64,000 nt of DNA, from assembly GCF_006345805.1 (NCBI RefSeq), contig NC_043000.1, positions 11,842,001 through 11,906,000 of the forward strand, read 5' to 3'. Shown here piece after piece: positions 12,861-25,839 of the stretch (positions within the stretch are counted from its first letter, which is position 1; every line of letters starts with the position of its first letter). The notes under the pieces were generated by a model. It was not told the origin of the DNA. It saw nothing but the letters and a program-made list of their open reading frames with translations, and did no database searches. The position numbers and the translations under genes were made by a program. The DNA is from Octopus sinensis. Its lineage: Eukaryota.

Positions 12861-14284
12861 CAATATATATACATTGATAGAAATGGTAAGACAACAAAAG
12901 AATGAAAGAGACCTCAATGTTATGTAAATACATATCTGTAAATATGTGACAATTATTTGGTAGCTTCAGATATCAGGGCAGAAACCCACATCCATCCCGA
13001 CATCCGAAACTCGGAGTTTTATCATGGCTACTGAATAATTCTCACATATTACATATAAATGTATGTATGTATGTGTGTGTGTATATGTTTGTGTGTCTGT
13101 GTTTGTCTCCCCAATGTCACTTGACAACCGATACTGGTACGGTTACATCCCTGTAACTTAGCAGTTTGGCAAAAGAGACTGATAGAATTAAGTACTAGGC
13201 TTACAAAGAATAAGACCTGGGATCGATTTGCTCAACTAAAGGTGGTGCTCCAGCATGGCTGTAGCCAAATGACTGAAACAAATAAAAGAATAAAAGAATG
13301 TCTGTATTGCTGATACACACACACACTCACGTGCACACACCCACACTCATGTGTATACACACTCACACACACATGCACATATGTATATAGGCACAAGCAT
13401 GGTTGTATGGTTAAGAACCTTGGTTCCTAACCACATGGTTTCAGGTTCAGTCCCATTATGTGCCGACTTGGGGAAGATGTGTTGTACTGTAAGCCCTGGG
13501 TTAACCAATACCTTGTGAGTGAATTTGTTACATGGAAACTGTGTGGAAGCCCATTGTATACATTTTATATCATTTACTTGTCTCAGTCAGTAGACTGCGG
13601 CCATGCTGGGGCACCACCTTGAAGAATTTTTAGTCGAAAGAATCGACTCATACACCTTTTTTTAGCTTGGTACTTATTCTATTGGTCTCTTTTGTTGAAC
13701 CACTAAGTTGTCAAACTGTGGTGTTTGTAACTGTCCTCTCATCAATAAGCATTTTCCTTAATAATGTTTCAACTTTGGAGAATTCTTGATTTTCAGATTA
13801 TCTCTCCTTCTCTTTTAGAACTGTTCTCAAATGTCATTCTGTAACTGTAACACATCCTCATGAAACAGAGAGAATTTTAATAAATTCATTTTGCCATTAT
13901 AAATAAATAAATGTTGTCTGGAATTTGATTTTCCTGTTTTTGTCATTTTCATTCTGTGCTGCCATGTGCAGCCATGGGGAAAATTATGATTTTAAATTTT
14001 GGCACAAGGCCAGCAATTTCGGGGGAGGAGTAAGCTGATTATATTAACCCCAGTGCTCAACTGGTCTTTTTTTATCGATCCTGAAAGGTCAAAAGGCAAA
14101 GTCAACCTCAGTGGAATTTGAACTCAGAATATAAAGACAGACAAAATACCTCTAAGCAGTTGTCAAGCAGTGGTAGGCGACAAATATACACACATACACA
14201 TACACACGGACACACACATACGCTCACATACGCACATGCATGTGCATACACACACACTCACTCACACAAACATTTATGCATATA

Positions 14285-15503
14285 CAGGGGTTGGACAAAA
14301 TAATGGAAACAACCTTAAAATTTCAAGCAAATTAATTTTAATGTGGAGTAGGACCAGCTTTGGCAGTAATTACAGTTTGAATTCTATGAGGTGTGGACTT
14401 GTACAAAGTTTGAATTGTTTCCAAAGGAATTTTTGTCCATTCTTCAGCTAAAACAGTCTCCAGTTCTTGTAGTGATGATGGTAGAGGATATCAACTCCTT
14501 ACTTGTTTTTCTAAAATGCACCATAAATGTTCACTAATATTGAGATCTGGGGACTCTGGTGGCCAGATAAGATGTTCAACTTCACTAGAATGTTCCTCGT
14601 GCCATTCACTAACAGCTTTAGCTTTGTCAATTGGTGCATTATCATCCTGAAAGATTGCATTTCCCCCCGGAAACAGTTCCACAACCATAGGATGCATTTG
14701 ATCAGATAAAATGCTTAAATAGTCTTGACTATTAATTCTGCCATGAAGGGAAACCATTTCCAAGATATAGCCTCCCCAGATCATCACAGATCCTCCTTCA
14801 TGTTTAACAACTGGAAGAAGGCAGTCTGGGTGAAATGCTTTTTTTGGCTGTCTCCACACGTATTCTTGGCTGGTGGTCGGAAATAAGGTAAACGTTGACT
14901 CATCTGAGAAAATAACATTCTTCCACTGCTCTAGGGACCAATTCTGTAGGTTTTTACTTCACTCTAAATCCTTTGCAATTTTTGTTTTTGAAAGTAGTGG
15001 TTTTCTGATTGCAGCCTTCCCATGAACTCTGGCTTTGTGCAGTTCCTGGTAAACAGTTTTTGTGGAAACTGGGTTCTCAAGGTGGTCATTAAGCCCCGCA
15101 ATAGTTTTGGGAGCTGTACTTTTTGTGATCCTTTCTAACAATTCCAATGGTCCCTATCTGCAAGTTTTGGTTTCACGAGGTTTATCCCTCTTTCTCAAAG
15201 GCTGTCATTACTTTCAAGACAGTACTTCTTGATACACCAAACATTTCGGCTGTTTTCGTTACACTAGCGCCTGCTATATGAGCACCAACAATTTGACCTC
15301 TTCGAAAGTCCGATAGATTTGTCATTATAATGAATTTTAATTACCTTTTTCTGATGATGTCTGAAAAGAAGCAGCAATTTTAGCAAAACATATTAAGCAA
15401 CACTAATAATAAATTAAAAACATAAAAATAAACAAGCTTTATAGATATTTTAAAATTAGGATGCAGTGCTGCTAGGTGTTTCCATTATTTTGTCCAGCTC
15501 CTG
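14285..15503 (-). mobile_element. Tc1-family DNA transposon with DD36E spacing (Incomer-like), defective
   Basis: 27-bp TIRs CAGG(G/A)G(T/C)TGGACAAAATAATGGAAACA, TA on the left (TT on the right); 1219 bp. Confidence 0.9.
14338..15325 (-). pseudogene. Tc1 transposase pseudogene
   Basis: MTNLSDFRRGQIVGAH..., FSDES, FQDDNAP...SPDLNISE, C-terminus AKAGPTPH*; contains stops and frameshifts. Confidence 0.9.
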
Positions 15504-17079
15504 TTTATGTTACAGGCTTCTTTCTGCTTCTGTGTACAAAATCCACTCACAAGATTTTGGATGGCCAGTGCTATAGTATTAAACACTTGTCCAAGGTGCC
15601 ATATAGTGTGATTGAACCTGGAACCATGTGGCTAGAAAGCATTCTTCTTATTATACAGCCATGTATAATAAGTTCATATTTATATCTATGAACTCTTTTA
15701 ATGCCAATATATTTTAAGCCAGTTCTGGATCTATAACACTTCCCCAAAATGTGTGGTGAGAAGTTTGCTTTCCAACCACATGGTTCCAGGTTCAGCCCCA
15801 CTGTGTGACACCTTTGGAGAAATGTTTTCTATTTTAGTCTCAGGTCAACCAGAGCCTTGTGAGTGGATTTGGAAGACAGAAAGTGAAAGAAACCTCTTGT
15901 ATATATATGTATGAATGGATGTATGTGCATATGTGTGTGTGTTTGCATGTATGAATGTAAGTATGTAAATATGTATGTATGGGTGTGTATGTATATATGT
16001 ATATATATATATATGTAGTGTCTCCATGAATAAATATCAATTACTACCATGTTTCTGTTGATGAAACTGGTCTCTCTGTCTATCTACTCACCCTCTTTGT
16101 GATGTTGGTAAATGGAATAAGTATAAAAATGAATCTTTTCAATTTAACTAAAAAATTCCATATGCAGCTGAAGATAGCTCCACATTTTAAAACTGATGTA
16201 ATACTTGCATTGTTTAATTAAATGAAGTCGCATGAAACAATCGTAGTGCACTACCTTTGGATATCCTTGTTGCTTATTTTGATTATAATCACCCCATTTT
16301 GAATTATATGGATAACACCATACCAAATTCTGGCTTAAGAGGAAACCTTTACATGGCCACTTGACCCATCAGCATAAAATAGCAGCCAAATCTCTCTCAA
16401 ATCATTCCCAACTGTCTTATAAATAAAACAATACATCACATAATGTAGTTATGGAAACAGTGAGTTACCAAAAAAAAAAAAAAAAATTATAATTGTGGCT
16501 ACAATACATTTTTATCACAATTCTGTTTAATCATTGATGACCTGAGGCTAAGCAAAACAACAACAACAACAACAACAGCCATGGGTTTCTTTCTCTGTAT
16601 AAAGTGTTGACTGAGTGAAGCATGCATTAGAAGCGTGATGTCATATGGTAACAGAACATGGGTATTGAAACTTTGTATGTAGAAGACCCATGGAACCTGG
16701 TTAAAAATATGATGAGCATTATTTAGTGAATATGTAATGTTTAACCTGCCTTTGGGGAATAGAGCACAGGTGAGCCGGAGCTGAGCTGAGCTGAGAGAGA
16801 GAGAGAGAGAGCGGCAGTTGGGTGTGTAGAAGCATCAGTTGAAGTGTGTAGTGGAAATGGTTGCTGGCGTGTGAGGATGTGATGTGTGTATGTGGTTGAA
16901 AGACTATCAAGTGTCGTCAAGAGGAATGGAAGACACCTGTGGCAGAGAAACAGCAATGACAAATTGACAAAGAAGCACAACAAGTTGCGATTTTGCTCTG
17001 TAGCGACACACTTGTCTTAAACGCTTGCTATACAGCACGGCAAAATGGTTATTGAAAGGAAAACATGACAATGGCAATG

Positions 17080-17845
17080 GCAACGACGATGATGATGAGG
17101 AGGAGGAGGAGGAAGAAGGGGAGGAGAAAGATGATAATGATGATGATAGTGGTGGTGGTGGTGGTGGTGAGGATGATGCTGACGATGGCAGTGATGATGA
17201 TGATGGTGACAATGATGATGATGATGATGATGACGATGGTGACAATGATGACAACGACAATGATGACGATGGTGACGATGATGATGATGAGGAGGAGGTG
17301 GGGAGGAGGAAGGGGAGGAGGAAGGGGAGGAAAAAGATGATAATGATGATAGTGGTGGTGGTGGTGGTGGTGAGGAGGAAGGGGAGGAGAAAGATGATAA
17401 TGATGATGATAGTGGTGGTGGTGGTGAGGATGATGCTGACGATGACAATGATTATGATGACGATGGTAACAATGATGACAACGACAATGATGACGATGGC
17501 GACGATAATGATGAGGAAGAAGAGGAGGTGGAGAGGAGGGAGGGGAGGAGAAATGTGATGATGATGATGGTAGTGGTGGTGAGGATGATGCTGACGATGA
17601 CAGTGATGATGATGACGATAGTGACAATGATGACGACGGCAATGATGACGATGGCGACGATAATGATGAGGAAGAGGAGGAGGTGGAGAGGAGGGAGGGG
17701 AGGAGAAATGTGATGATGATGATGGTAGTGGTGGTGAGGATGATGCTGACGATGGCAATGATGATGATGATGACAACAAATGGTGGAAGTGATGCTGATG
17801 GTCATGATGATGATGATGATGGTAATGACGATGATGATAATGATG
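17080..17845. repeat. (GAT/GGT/GAG)n tract with internal ~180-bp higher-order duplications
   Basis: Repeated GGGGAGGAGAAA(T)G..GATGATGCTGACGATG blocks. Confidence 0.9.
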
Positions 17846-17885
17846 CTGTGCGTGAGAAAACCCGGCAAGACCAGTGAGAACAGTC

Positions 17886-18960
17886 AAAATCAAAATCAAA
17901 CCAAATTGAGGTCGATCAACATCAGGGCCCCCGTGCAGGTGACACGTAAAAGCACCATCCGTTCGTGGCCGTTTGCCAGCCCTGTCTGGCCCCCATGTCG
18001 GTGACATGTAAAAGCACCATCCGTTCGTGGCCGTTTGCCAGCCCTGTCTGGCCCCCCTGTCGGTGACATGTAAAAGCACCATCCGTTCGTGGCCATTTGC
18101 CAGCCCTGTCTGGCCCCCATGTCGGTGACATGTAAAAGCACCATCCGTTCGTGGCCATTTGCCAGCCCTGTCTGGCTCCCGTGCCGGTGACACGTAAAAG
18201 CACCATCCGTTCGTGGCCGTTTGCCAGCCCTGTCTGGCCCCCATGTCGGTGACATGTAAAAGCTATTTCATTATTACCCACAAGGGGCTAAACATAGAGG
18301 GGACAAACATGGACAGACATAGGTATTAAGTCGATTATACCGACCCCAGTGCTTAACTGGTACTTAATTTATCGACCCCGAAAGGATGAAAGGCAAAGTC
18401 GACCTTGGCGGAATTTGAACTCATAACGTAACGGCAGCCGAAATACCGCTAAGCATTTCGCCCGACGTGCTAACGATTCTGTAAAAGCACCATCCGTTCG
18501 TGTCCGCTGCCAGCCTTGCGTGGCCCCCGTGCCGGTGACACGTAAAAGCACCATCCGTTCGTGGCCGTTTGCCAGCCCTGTCTGGCCCCCGTGTCGGTGG
18601 CATGTAAAAGCACCATTCGTTCGTGTCCGTTGCCAGCCTCGCCTGGCCCCCGTGCCGGTGGCACGTAAAAGCACCATCCGTTCGTGTCCGTTGCCAGCCT
18701 TGCCTGGCCCCGTGACGGTGACACGTAAAAGCACCATCCGTTCGTGGCCGTTTGCCAGCTCTGTCTGGCACCTGTGCGGGTGGCACGTAAAAAGCACCCA
18801 CTACACTCACGGAGTGGTTGGCGTTAGGAAGGGCATCCAGCCGTAGAAACACTGCCAGATCTGACTGGGCCTGATGAAGCCTTCCAGCTTCACAGACCCC
18901 AGTTGAACCGTCCAACCCATGCTAGCATGGAGAACGGACGCTAAATGATGATGATGATGA
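17886..18960 (+). mobile_element. Family C element whose internal unit has expanded into a 60-62-bp minisatellite (about 10 units)
   Basis: Units start at 17941, 18003, 18065, 18127, 18189 and 18251, and resume at 18481; RTE-type tail CCATGCTAGCATGG followed by (ATG)n. Confidence 0.85.
18264..18479 (-). mobile_element. SINE family B inserted in the minisatellite
   Basis: 9-bp TSD TGTAAAAGC at 18255-18263 and 18480-18488. Confidence 0.9.
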
Positions 18961-19249
18961 TGATGATAGTGATTGTGGTAGAGATCATTCATAACAATGT
19001 TGATGATGATGATGACGACGACAACCACGATGATGACAAACGGCTTGTCAAACCTTGTAGTATCAATCATAAAAAAGGACAAACACTTCCCCCAGAAAAC
19101 AAAGGCAAGGAACAGTCTCCCATGTTACCAATGAACATTTTATTTTATATCAATTTCAAAAAGTAGGGACCCTGAGAGAAATAAATGTATAAGATATTCA
19201 GATTGTATAACCTTTTAACATTCAGATTAACTATATCATATATTCTTTC

Positions 19250-19485
19250 TTTTATTTTCTTGTTTCAGTCAATTGACTGTGGCCATGCTGGGGCACCACC
19301 TTTAGTCAAGCTAATCGACCCCAGGACTTATTCTTTGTAAGCCTAGTATTTATTCTATCGGTCTCTTTTCCTGAAACACTAAGTTACGGGTATGTAAACA
19401 TACCAGCATCGGTTGTCAAGCGATGTTGGGAGGACAAACACAGACACACAAACATATACACACACATACATACATACATACTTAC

Positions 19486-19539
<54 letters not shown>

Positions 19540-19814
19540 ATATACATAAAACTAAATTATAAGGGTAGAAATTGATGTTAATCAATTAAAACCAGTGGCT
19601 TAGCATATTTAAAAATCTGAAGATTAAAAATTGTGTTACATACAAAATTGAGAGGAATGACCACTAAAGTGGACACCCTATATGCTAAACATAGATGTCA
19701 AATCGCCATTACCACGAATAATGTATTCTTGAGAACATTCTTCGTGGTAATGGCGATTTGACATCTATGTTTAGCATATAGGGTGTCCACTTTAGTGTTC
19801 ATTCCTCTTAATTT

Positions 19815-19854
<40 letters not shown>

Positions 19855-20015
19855 ACAGGCTTCTTTCAGTTTCTATTTACCAAATCCACTCACAATGCTT
19901 TGGTCGGGCTGAGGCTATTGTAGAAGACACTTGTCCAAGGTGCCATGCAATGGGACTGAACCCAGGACCATGTGGTTGGGAAGCAAGCTACTTACCACAC
20001 AACCCCTCCTATGCT
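19250..20015 (-). mobile_element. SINE family A split by an insertion in its central microsatellite
   Basis: 3' body at 19250-19500 and 5' half at 19850-20015. Confidence 0.8.
19642..19817. mobile_element. Fold-back element, 77-bp arms (75/77 match), 22-bp spacer
   Basis: ACAAAATTGAGAGGAATGACC...CCACGAA and its reverse complement; homologue at 40749-40953. Confidence 0.85.
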
Positions 20016-20996
20016 TATATATGATGTGTATTTTGTCACATTGTTTTGAATTAATCATGCAGGATCTCTTAACTTTGAGATTGTGATGGTGTGGTTCTTT
20101 ATTTTCAGAATGACATTGTAGGGTAGGTATGAGAAGCTGGATCTGTCCAGTTTGAAAATAAAACTAGTAGAATATTTTGGGCAGATATGACCAGTTTAAA
20201 TGCTAAAGGATGATCTTAGAAAGGTTATTCTTGGTATAATATTTTATACTTCTGTAAGGCAGCAAGCTGGTAGAATCATTAAGATGCCAGACAAAAAGCT
20301 TTGCAGCACTTCATCCATCTCTAGGTTCTGTGTTCAAATTCAGACTGGGTGAACTTTGCCTTGCATCCTTTTGGGGTTAATAAAATAGGTACCAGTTGAG
20401 TACTGGGGTTGATGTAATTGACCTATCTCCTCCTCACAAATTGCTGTTCTTGGGCAAAAATTTTGAAACTAATATTTTATACTTCTGTTTGATGAGTATA
20501 AATAAATAAATAAATGTGCCCTTTTAAAGCCTAGCCAGGCTCATGGGCCCGGTTTCCTGGTTTCAATGGCGTATGTGTTCCCTAGCTGGACAGGACGCTA
20601 GTCCATCCCAGCTTTACTCATTTTTGCCAGTTGAGTGAACTGGAGCAACGTGAAATGAAGTGTTTTGCTCAAGAACACAATGCGTCGCCCGGTTCAGGAA
20701 TCGAAACTACAATCTTGTGATTATGATGCTGACACCCTAACCACTAAGCCACGTGCCTCCACCTTGATGAGTATAGCTCAGTGTTTTGTTTTTTTTTTTT
20801 TTTTCTTAGAAAATCCCAAAGAAGGTGAGAAACCACTTAGTGTATGGGACTATGAAGAAAGAGAAATTAAGATGAAAGGAATGAATTTATTTTAGGCTGA
20901 AAGGGTTCAGGTGATAAGGAGGAAAGCAATGAGATGGGAGAGAATTCGAAAGTCTGACAATTTAAGGAAAAAAACTACAACCATAAAAAGACTTCC

Positions 20997-21060
<64 letters not shown>

Positions 21061-21429
21061 ATATATATATATATATAATATATATATATATATAATATAT
21101 ATATATATACATATATACGATGGGCTTCTTTCAGTTTCCGTTTACCAAATCCACTCACAAGGCTTTGGTTGGCCTGAGGCTATAGTAGAAGACACAGCAT
21201 CGCTTAGGTGAAGACACTGTGAGTTCTGCATTGGGTGAGATGGTACAAACTGATTTGAGAGAAAGTTCGTCATGTCAATGTGACAAGGGTTGCAGAGTTG
21301 AAGCATGAGAGGGATCAACCAAATTGGAGACTTGCTTCTGAACCGGGTCAAGAAGATCTAAGTGACATGATGGTTGAAATGAATGGATCTCAGTTAATTT
21401 CGACCACAACTAGTTTGTTGAATTAACAT

Positions 21430-21790
21430 AGAGAGGAATGCGTCTAGTAGGCTCTGCTGGATGTGTGATGTAAGTGTACATGTTCGACGGAGTGCTAGTG
21501 TATTGAGAGAGAGGTTGGGCATAAGAGGAATTAGATGCTGTGTGCAAGAGAGAAGACTGCACTAGTTTGGTCATATGTTGTGGATGGATGCTGACAGCTT
21601 TATAAAGAAGTGCTGATCTCTCAAAGTAGATGGAACACATGGAAGAGGACCCAGGTAGATATAGGATAAAGTACTGAAGGACGACCTCAGAACGCTGAAC
21701 CTTTCAGATGAGATGGCAAAGAACTGAGACAGATACCTGGTACTTTGCTATACTCAAGAAGACCTGTACGCCACAGCAGAAGTATTAAGG
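21430..21790 (+). pseudogene. RTE-clade LINE ORF C-terminal remnant
   Basis: Translates as SVLRERLGIRGIRCCVQERRLH*FGHMLWMD...GRGPR*I*DKVLKDDLRTLNL; an LYGSET-like fragment lies at about 22070. Confidence 0.8.
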
Positions 21791-22449
21791 CCAGTCCCCA
21801 CTGGTGAAGTAGTAGATGAGAAAGACAGAGGCTAGCTTTGTAGGATCCTATATGGTTGTAAAATATGGACAGTAGAGGCAGTAAACCATTGTGATGAGAG
21901 AGACAAGAGAACTCTATATGGTCTGGTTTGGTAGTGAGATATGAACACTGGATGGGAAAATCCACAGTGGCTGAACAGACAGGGCTCATCTATGAGCTCT
22001 TATTCTCTTAAGGAATTAATATACAGACATTTGATGTTGAAGATCTCCAGTGATTGAAGAGACAGGGGTTATGTATGGTTCTGTATGGTAGTGAAACATT
22101 AATTTCGAAGACATTTTGAAGAGAAATGACATTAAGTAAGTGATTTATCAGAAGTATTGTCTATTTGAAGTATTCACTATTGGTGACTGACTAACTTCAC
22201 TGCTATGGACGTCTTGTGTGAATAGATGATATATTCACAGGTGAGAGAAATTGCTGTTGAGTTGAGGGTGGAAGGTAACTGCTGTGGTAGAGTTAAACAA
22301 TGGATGGCATGGGTAGGAAGTAATTGGGTTCCAGAACTGGGAATATTGGCACTCACCGATGAGATAAAACAGGATATTGACATATGAAGAGATGATGTAT
22401 TGCTGACCTGTCAAACTGGAGATAACATAGGAGAATAGATGTTAAAATT

Positions 22450-23010
22450 GATGACAACAATGACGACGATGATGATGACGATGGTGGTGATGGTGATGAT
22501 GATGATGAGGAGGTGGTGGAGGAGGAGGAGGATGTAATGATGACAGTGTTGAGGATGGTGATAGGAATGTTGATGATGATGATGATGATAATGAGGAGGA
22601 GGAGGAAGAAGGAGTAGGAGGAAGAGGAAGAAGAAGGAGTAGGAGGAGAAAGAATAGGAGGAAGAGGAAGAAGGAGGAGGAGGAGAAAGAATAGGAGGAA
22701 GAAGAAGAAAGAGGAGGAGGAGGAGAAAGAAGTGGAGGAAGAAGAAGAAGGAGGAGGAGGAAGAGAAAGAAGAGGAGGAAGAGAAGGAAGATGAGGAAGG
22801 CAAGGAAAAGGAGGAGTATAACACTGATAATAGTGAGAGGAATAGTGATGATGGTCATGATGATGATGATGGTGGTGGTGGCGGCGGCGGTGGTGGCGGC
22901 GGCGGTGGCGGTGGCGGTGGTGGTGAAGGTGATGATAACAATGATGAGGAAAACAGCAACAAAGATGTTGACAATGACGATGACAACGATGATGATGATG
23001 ATGATGACAG
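22450..23010. repeat. (GAT)/(GAG/GAA)/(GGT/GGC) trinucleotide tract
   Basis: Direct inspection. Confidence 0.9.
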
Positions 23011-23387
23011 TGACATTTTTACATAGTAATTAATTGATCGTTATGAAGAAGTTGATGACTATAATAAATGAGTGCTCACCATGAATGAATTAATATACTA
23101 TAGAATATTTGCTGCTAATTACACATAGTTAAACGAGCTGTGACATTGGCTATGTATGTCTCTATATGTGCCATCATTAATACACCATGCAGCAAACTCT
23201 GTCCTTATAGGTATCTAACAACTGTAACTAACCTGAATTAATCACTCCACCTGTGTGCTCACACACACACACACTTTACCTGCCTCTACTACATTGACCA
23301 TGCTACAACCACTTCTTTTATATTACATAATATACTAAACACACCGAATCTGTTATTAACGCACCGCTGCACACATTTTTATTCGGT

Positions 23388-23770
23388 GGCACGGCTACAG
23401 TGTGTGCCACCTGGGGCAGGCCCTGAGTTTGCTTCCACCACTACCCTCTGCTTGGCTGACCGTGGGCTTGCACCTGGAAAGTTACCCTCCTAGTCACAAG
23501 TCTGGGCAAGGTTGTTTGTGGAAGACCAGCAGTCGCCCATGCATACTGGTCTCCCCTCTCCACGTCACCAGTGTTATCCAAGGAAACGGCAACAGCAGAT
23601 ACAGTTTAGCACCTGTGTCGTCGCAACTCATTTCTACAGCTGAGTGAACTGGAGCAACGTGAAATAGAGTGTCTTGCTCTAGAACACAACACGCAGCCCA
23701 GTCCGGAAATCGAACTCACAACCTCACAATTGTAAGCTTGATGCTCTAACCTCTGAGCAATGCGCCTTCC
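23388..23770 (-). mobile_element. SINE, tRNA head + CORE-like middle + a distinct body (family F)
   Basis: GAGTTCGATTTCC B box and TTCACGTTGCTCCAGTTCACTCAGCTG core on the minus strand. Confidence 0.65.
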
Positions 23771-23959
23771 ACTGCTACCCTCCACTAATAAATACAACAT
23801 ATTGCACAATACTCTTAACACAAAACAGAAGCATAACAGCTAATGGGTGAAGCAAAGGGTTATCAGCTGAGTGAACTGAAGCAACGTAAAATAAATTGTC
23901 TTGCTCAAGAGCACAACACACAGCCCAGTCCAGGAATAGATCTCACTACCTCATAATTA

Positions 23960-24172
23960 CTCTTTTACTTGTTTCAGTCATTTGATTGTGGCCATGCTGA
24001 AGCACCACCTTTACTCAAGCAAATCGACCCCAGGACTTATTCTTTGTAAGCCCAGGACTTATTCGATCGGTCTCTTTTGCTGAACTCCTAAGTTACGGGA
24101 CGTAAATACACCAGCATCGGTTGTCAAGCGATGTTGAGGGACAAGCACAGACACACAAACATATACACACAC

Positions 24173-24225
<53 letters not shown>

Positions 24226-24385
24226 ATGATGGGCTTCTTTCAGTTTCGTCTACCAAATCCACTCACAAGGCTTTGGTTGGCTCGAGGCTATAGCAAAAGA
24301 CACTTGCCCAAGGTGCCATGCAGTGGGACTGAACCCGGAACCATGTGGTTGGTAAGCAAGCTACTTTACCACACAGCCACTCCTG
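23960..24385 (-). mobile_element. SINE family A inserted into an E-type SINE head
   Basis: E head is interrupted at about 23955 and resumes at 24386-24420. Confidence 0.8.
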
Positions 24386-25229
24386 AGCTCAACGCTCTAA
24401 CCACTGAGCCATGCACCTATATACAATAGGCTTCCACAATTTTTGTCTTCTAAATTCCCTTACAAGGCATTGGTTGGCCTGGGGCAATAGAAAAAATTGT
24501 TCAAGATGCTTTGCAGAGGGATTGACCCCCAAGACCATATGGGTGTAAAGCAAGTTTCTCAGCCACGCGGTCTACATTTGTTTCCTGTTTTGGGTGTTAC
24601 ATAATTTACTGGTTTTCAATGTTGATGCTGTTTAATCCTAGATTATCTCAGCTTATGTAGATATGAAATCAAAGACGTTCTTGTTATGACCATCCCATCT
24701 TTTTTTCCAGTCATACTGTATCCAGGATAAATTACTTAATGTATTCTATTTAAAAGAAAAAAATTAAAAACACAAAAAAAAACCACTGGTATAAGATTCG
24801 ATAAATTTGGCTGCTATTTATAACAAGTCAGGTATGCTTATTGAGGCTGCTTCAACATTGCAAGTTAATATCATTTTAATTTCTGTACTCCCACTGCACT
24901 GGTATCACCCATTTCACTTCTATAATATCACAGCAGAGGTAACATCAGACTAATCTCTTATCTCCCTCATGCAAAAATTCAGCTTAATTATTGCAGCTAT
25001 TTTTCAACAAAAACAATAACAATATTTAACAAAAACATCTTTAAATGACGGTCTGACCGTCTGCCAAGCAAATAGGAAGCAGTAATTGAAGTAGATGGTG
25101 ATTATGCTCCGGAATAAGCATTTAAAGATGTTTTTGTTACATGTTGTTATTGCTTTTGTTGAATAAAATTTGTTGAAAAAAAGCCATAGTAATTATGCAC
25201 CAACCCAACATATATATATGTATGTATAT

Positions 25230-25801
25230 GACCCGGCAGAACAAGTGAGTCCATTCCGTGTCCCTTGCCAGGGATGTAGCCAGCCCACGTATGTATGCCT
25301 TTCCTTCCTTGGACACGCGAAGACCTGTTGAGGCAAGCGAAGTCGAAATCGAACCTCGTCCGACGACTGATGCCCATGCTAACCTCCCTTCATTGGACAC
25401 TAAACTCTGCTTGTGAAGACCTGTAGGGGCAAGTGAAATCGGAATTGAAACTGAACCAATCCTATGACTGGCACCCGGCAGTTGCCAGTGCCGCTGGACT
25501 GACTCCTGTGCAGGTGGCAAGTAAAGAAACACCGTTTCGACCCTGTGCTTGAGGAGATCTATTGAGTCAAGTACACCAACATCAAAAATCAATGGAAACT
25601 GCAGTTGTGATCCCTGTGCTGGTGGCACGTAAAAAGCACCCACTACACTCATGGAGTGGTTGGCGTTAGGAAGGGCATCCAACTGTAGAAACACTGCCAG
25701 ATCAGACTGGAGCCTGGTGCAGCCTTCTGGCTTCCCAGATCCCCGGTCGAACCGTCCAACCCATGCTAGCATGGAGAATGGACGTTAAACGATGATGATG
25801 A

Positions 25802-25805
<4 letters not shown>
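25230..25805 (+). mobile_element. Family C element with a longer 5' extension
   Basis: Same 3' tail as other C copies; duplicated GAAGACCTGT..GGCAAG(C/T)GAA motif resembles the RTE ORF end at about 21760. Confidence 0.75.

Positions 25806-25839
<34 letters not shown>

Noticed and set aside
16907-18915. 445-aa and other ORFs with repeated GWQTATNGWCF motifs
   Set aside because: Antisense read-through of the 62-bp minisatellite and triplet tract.
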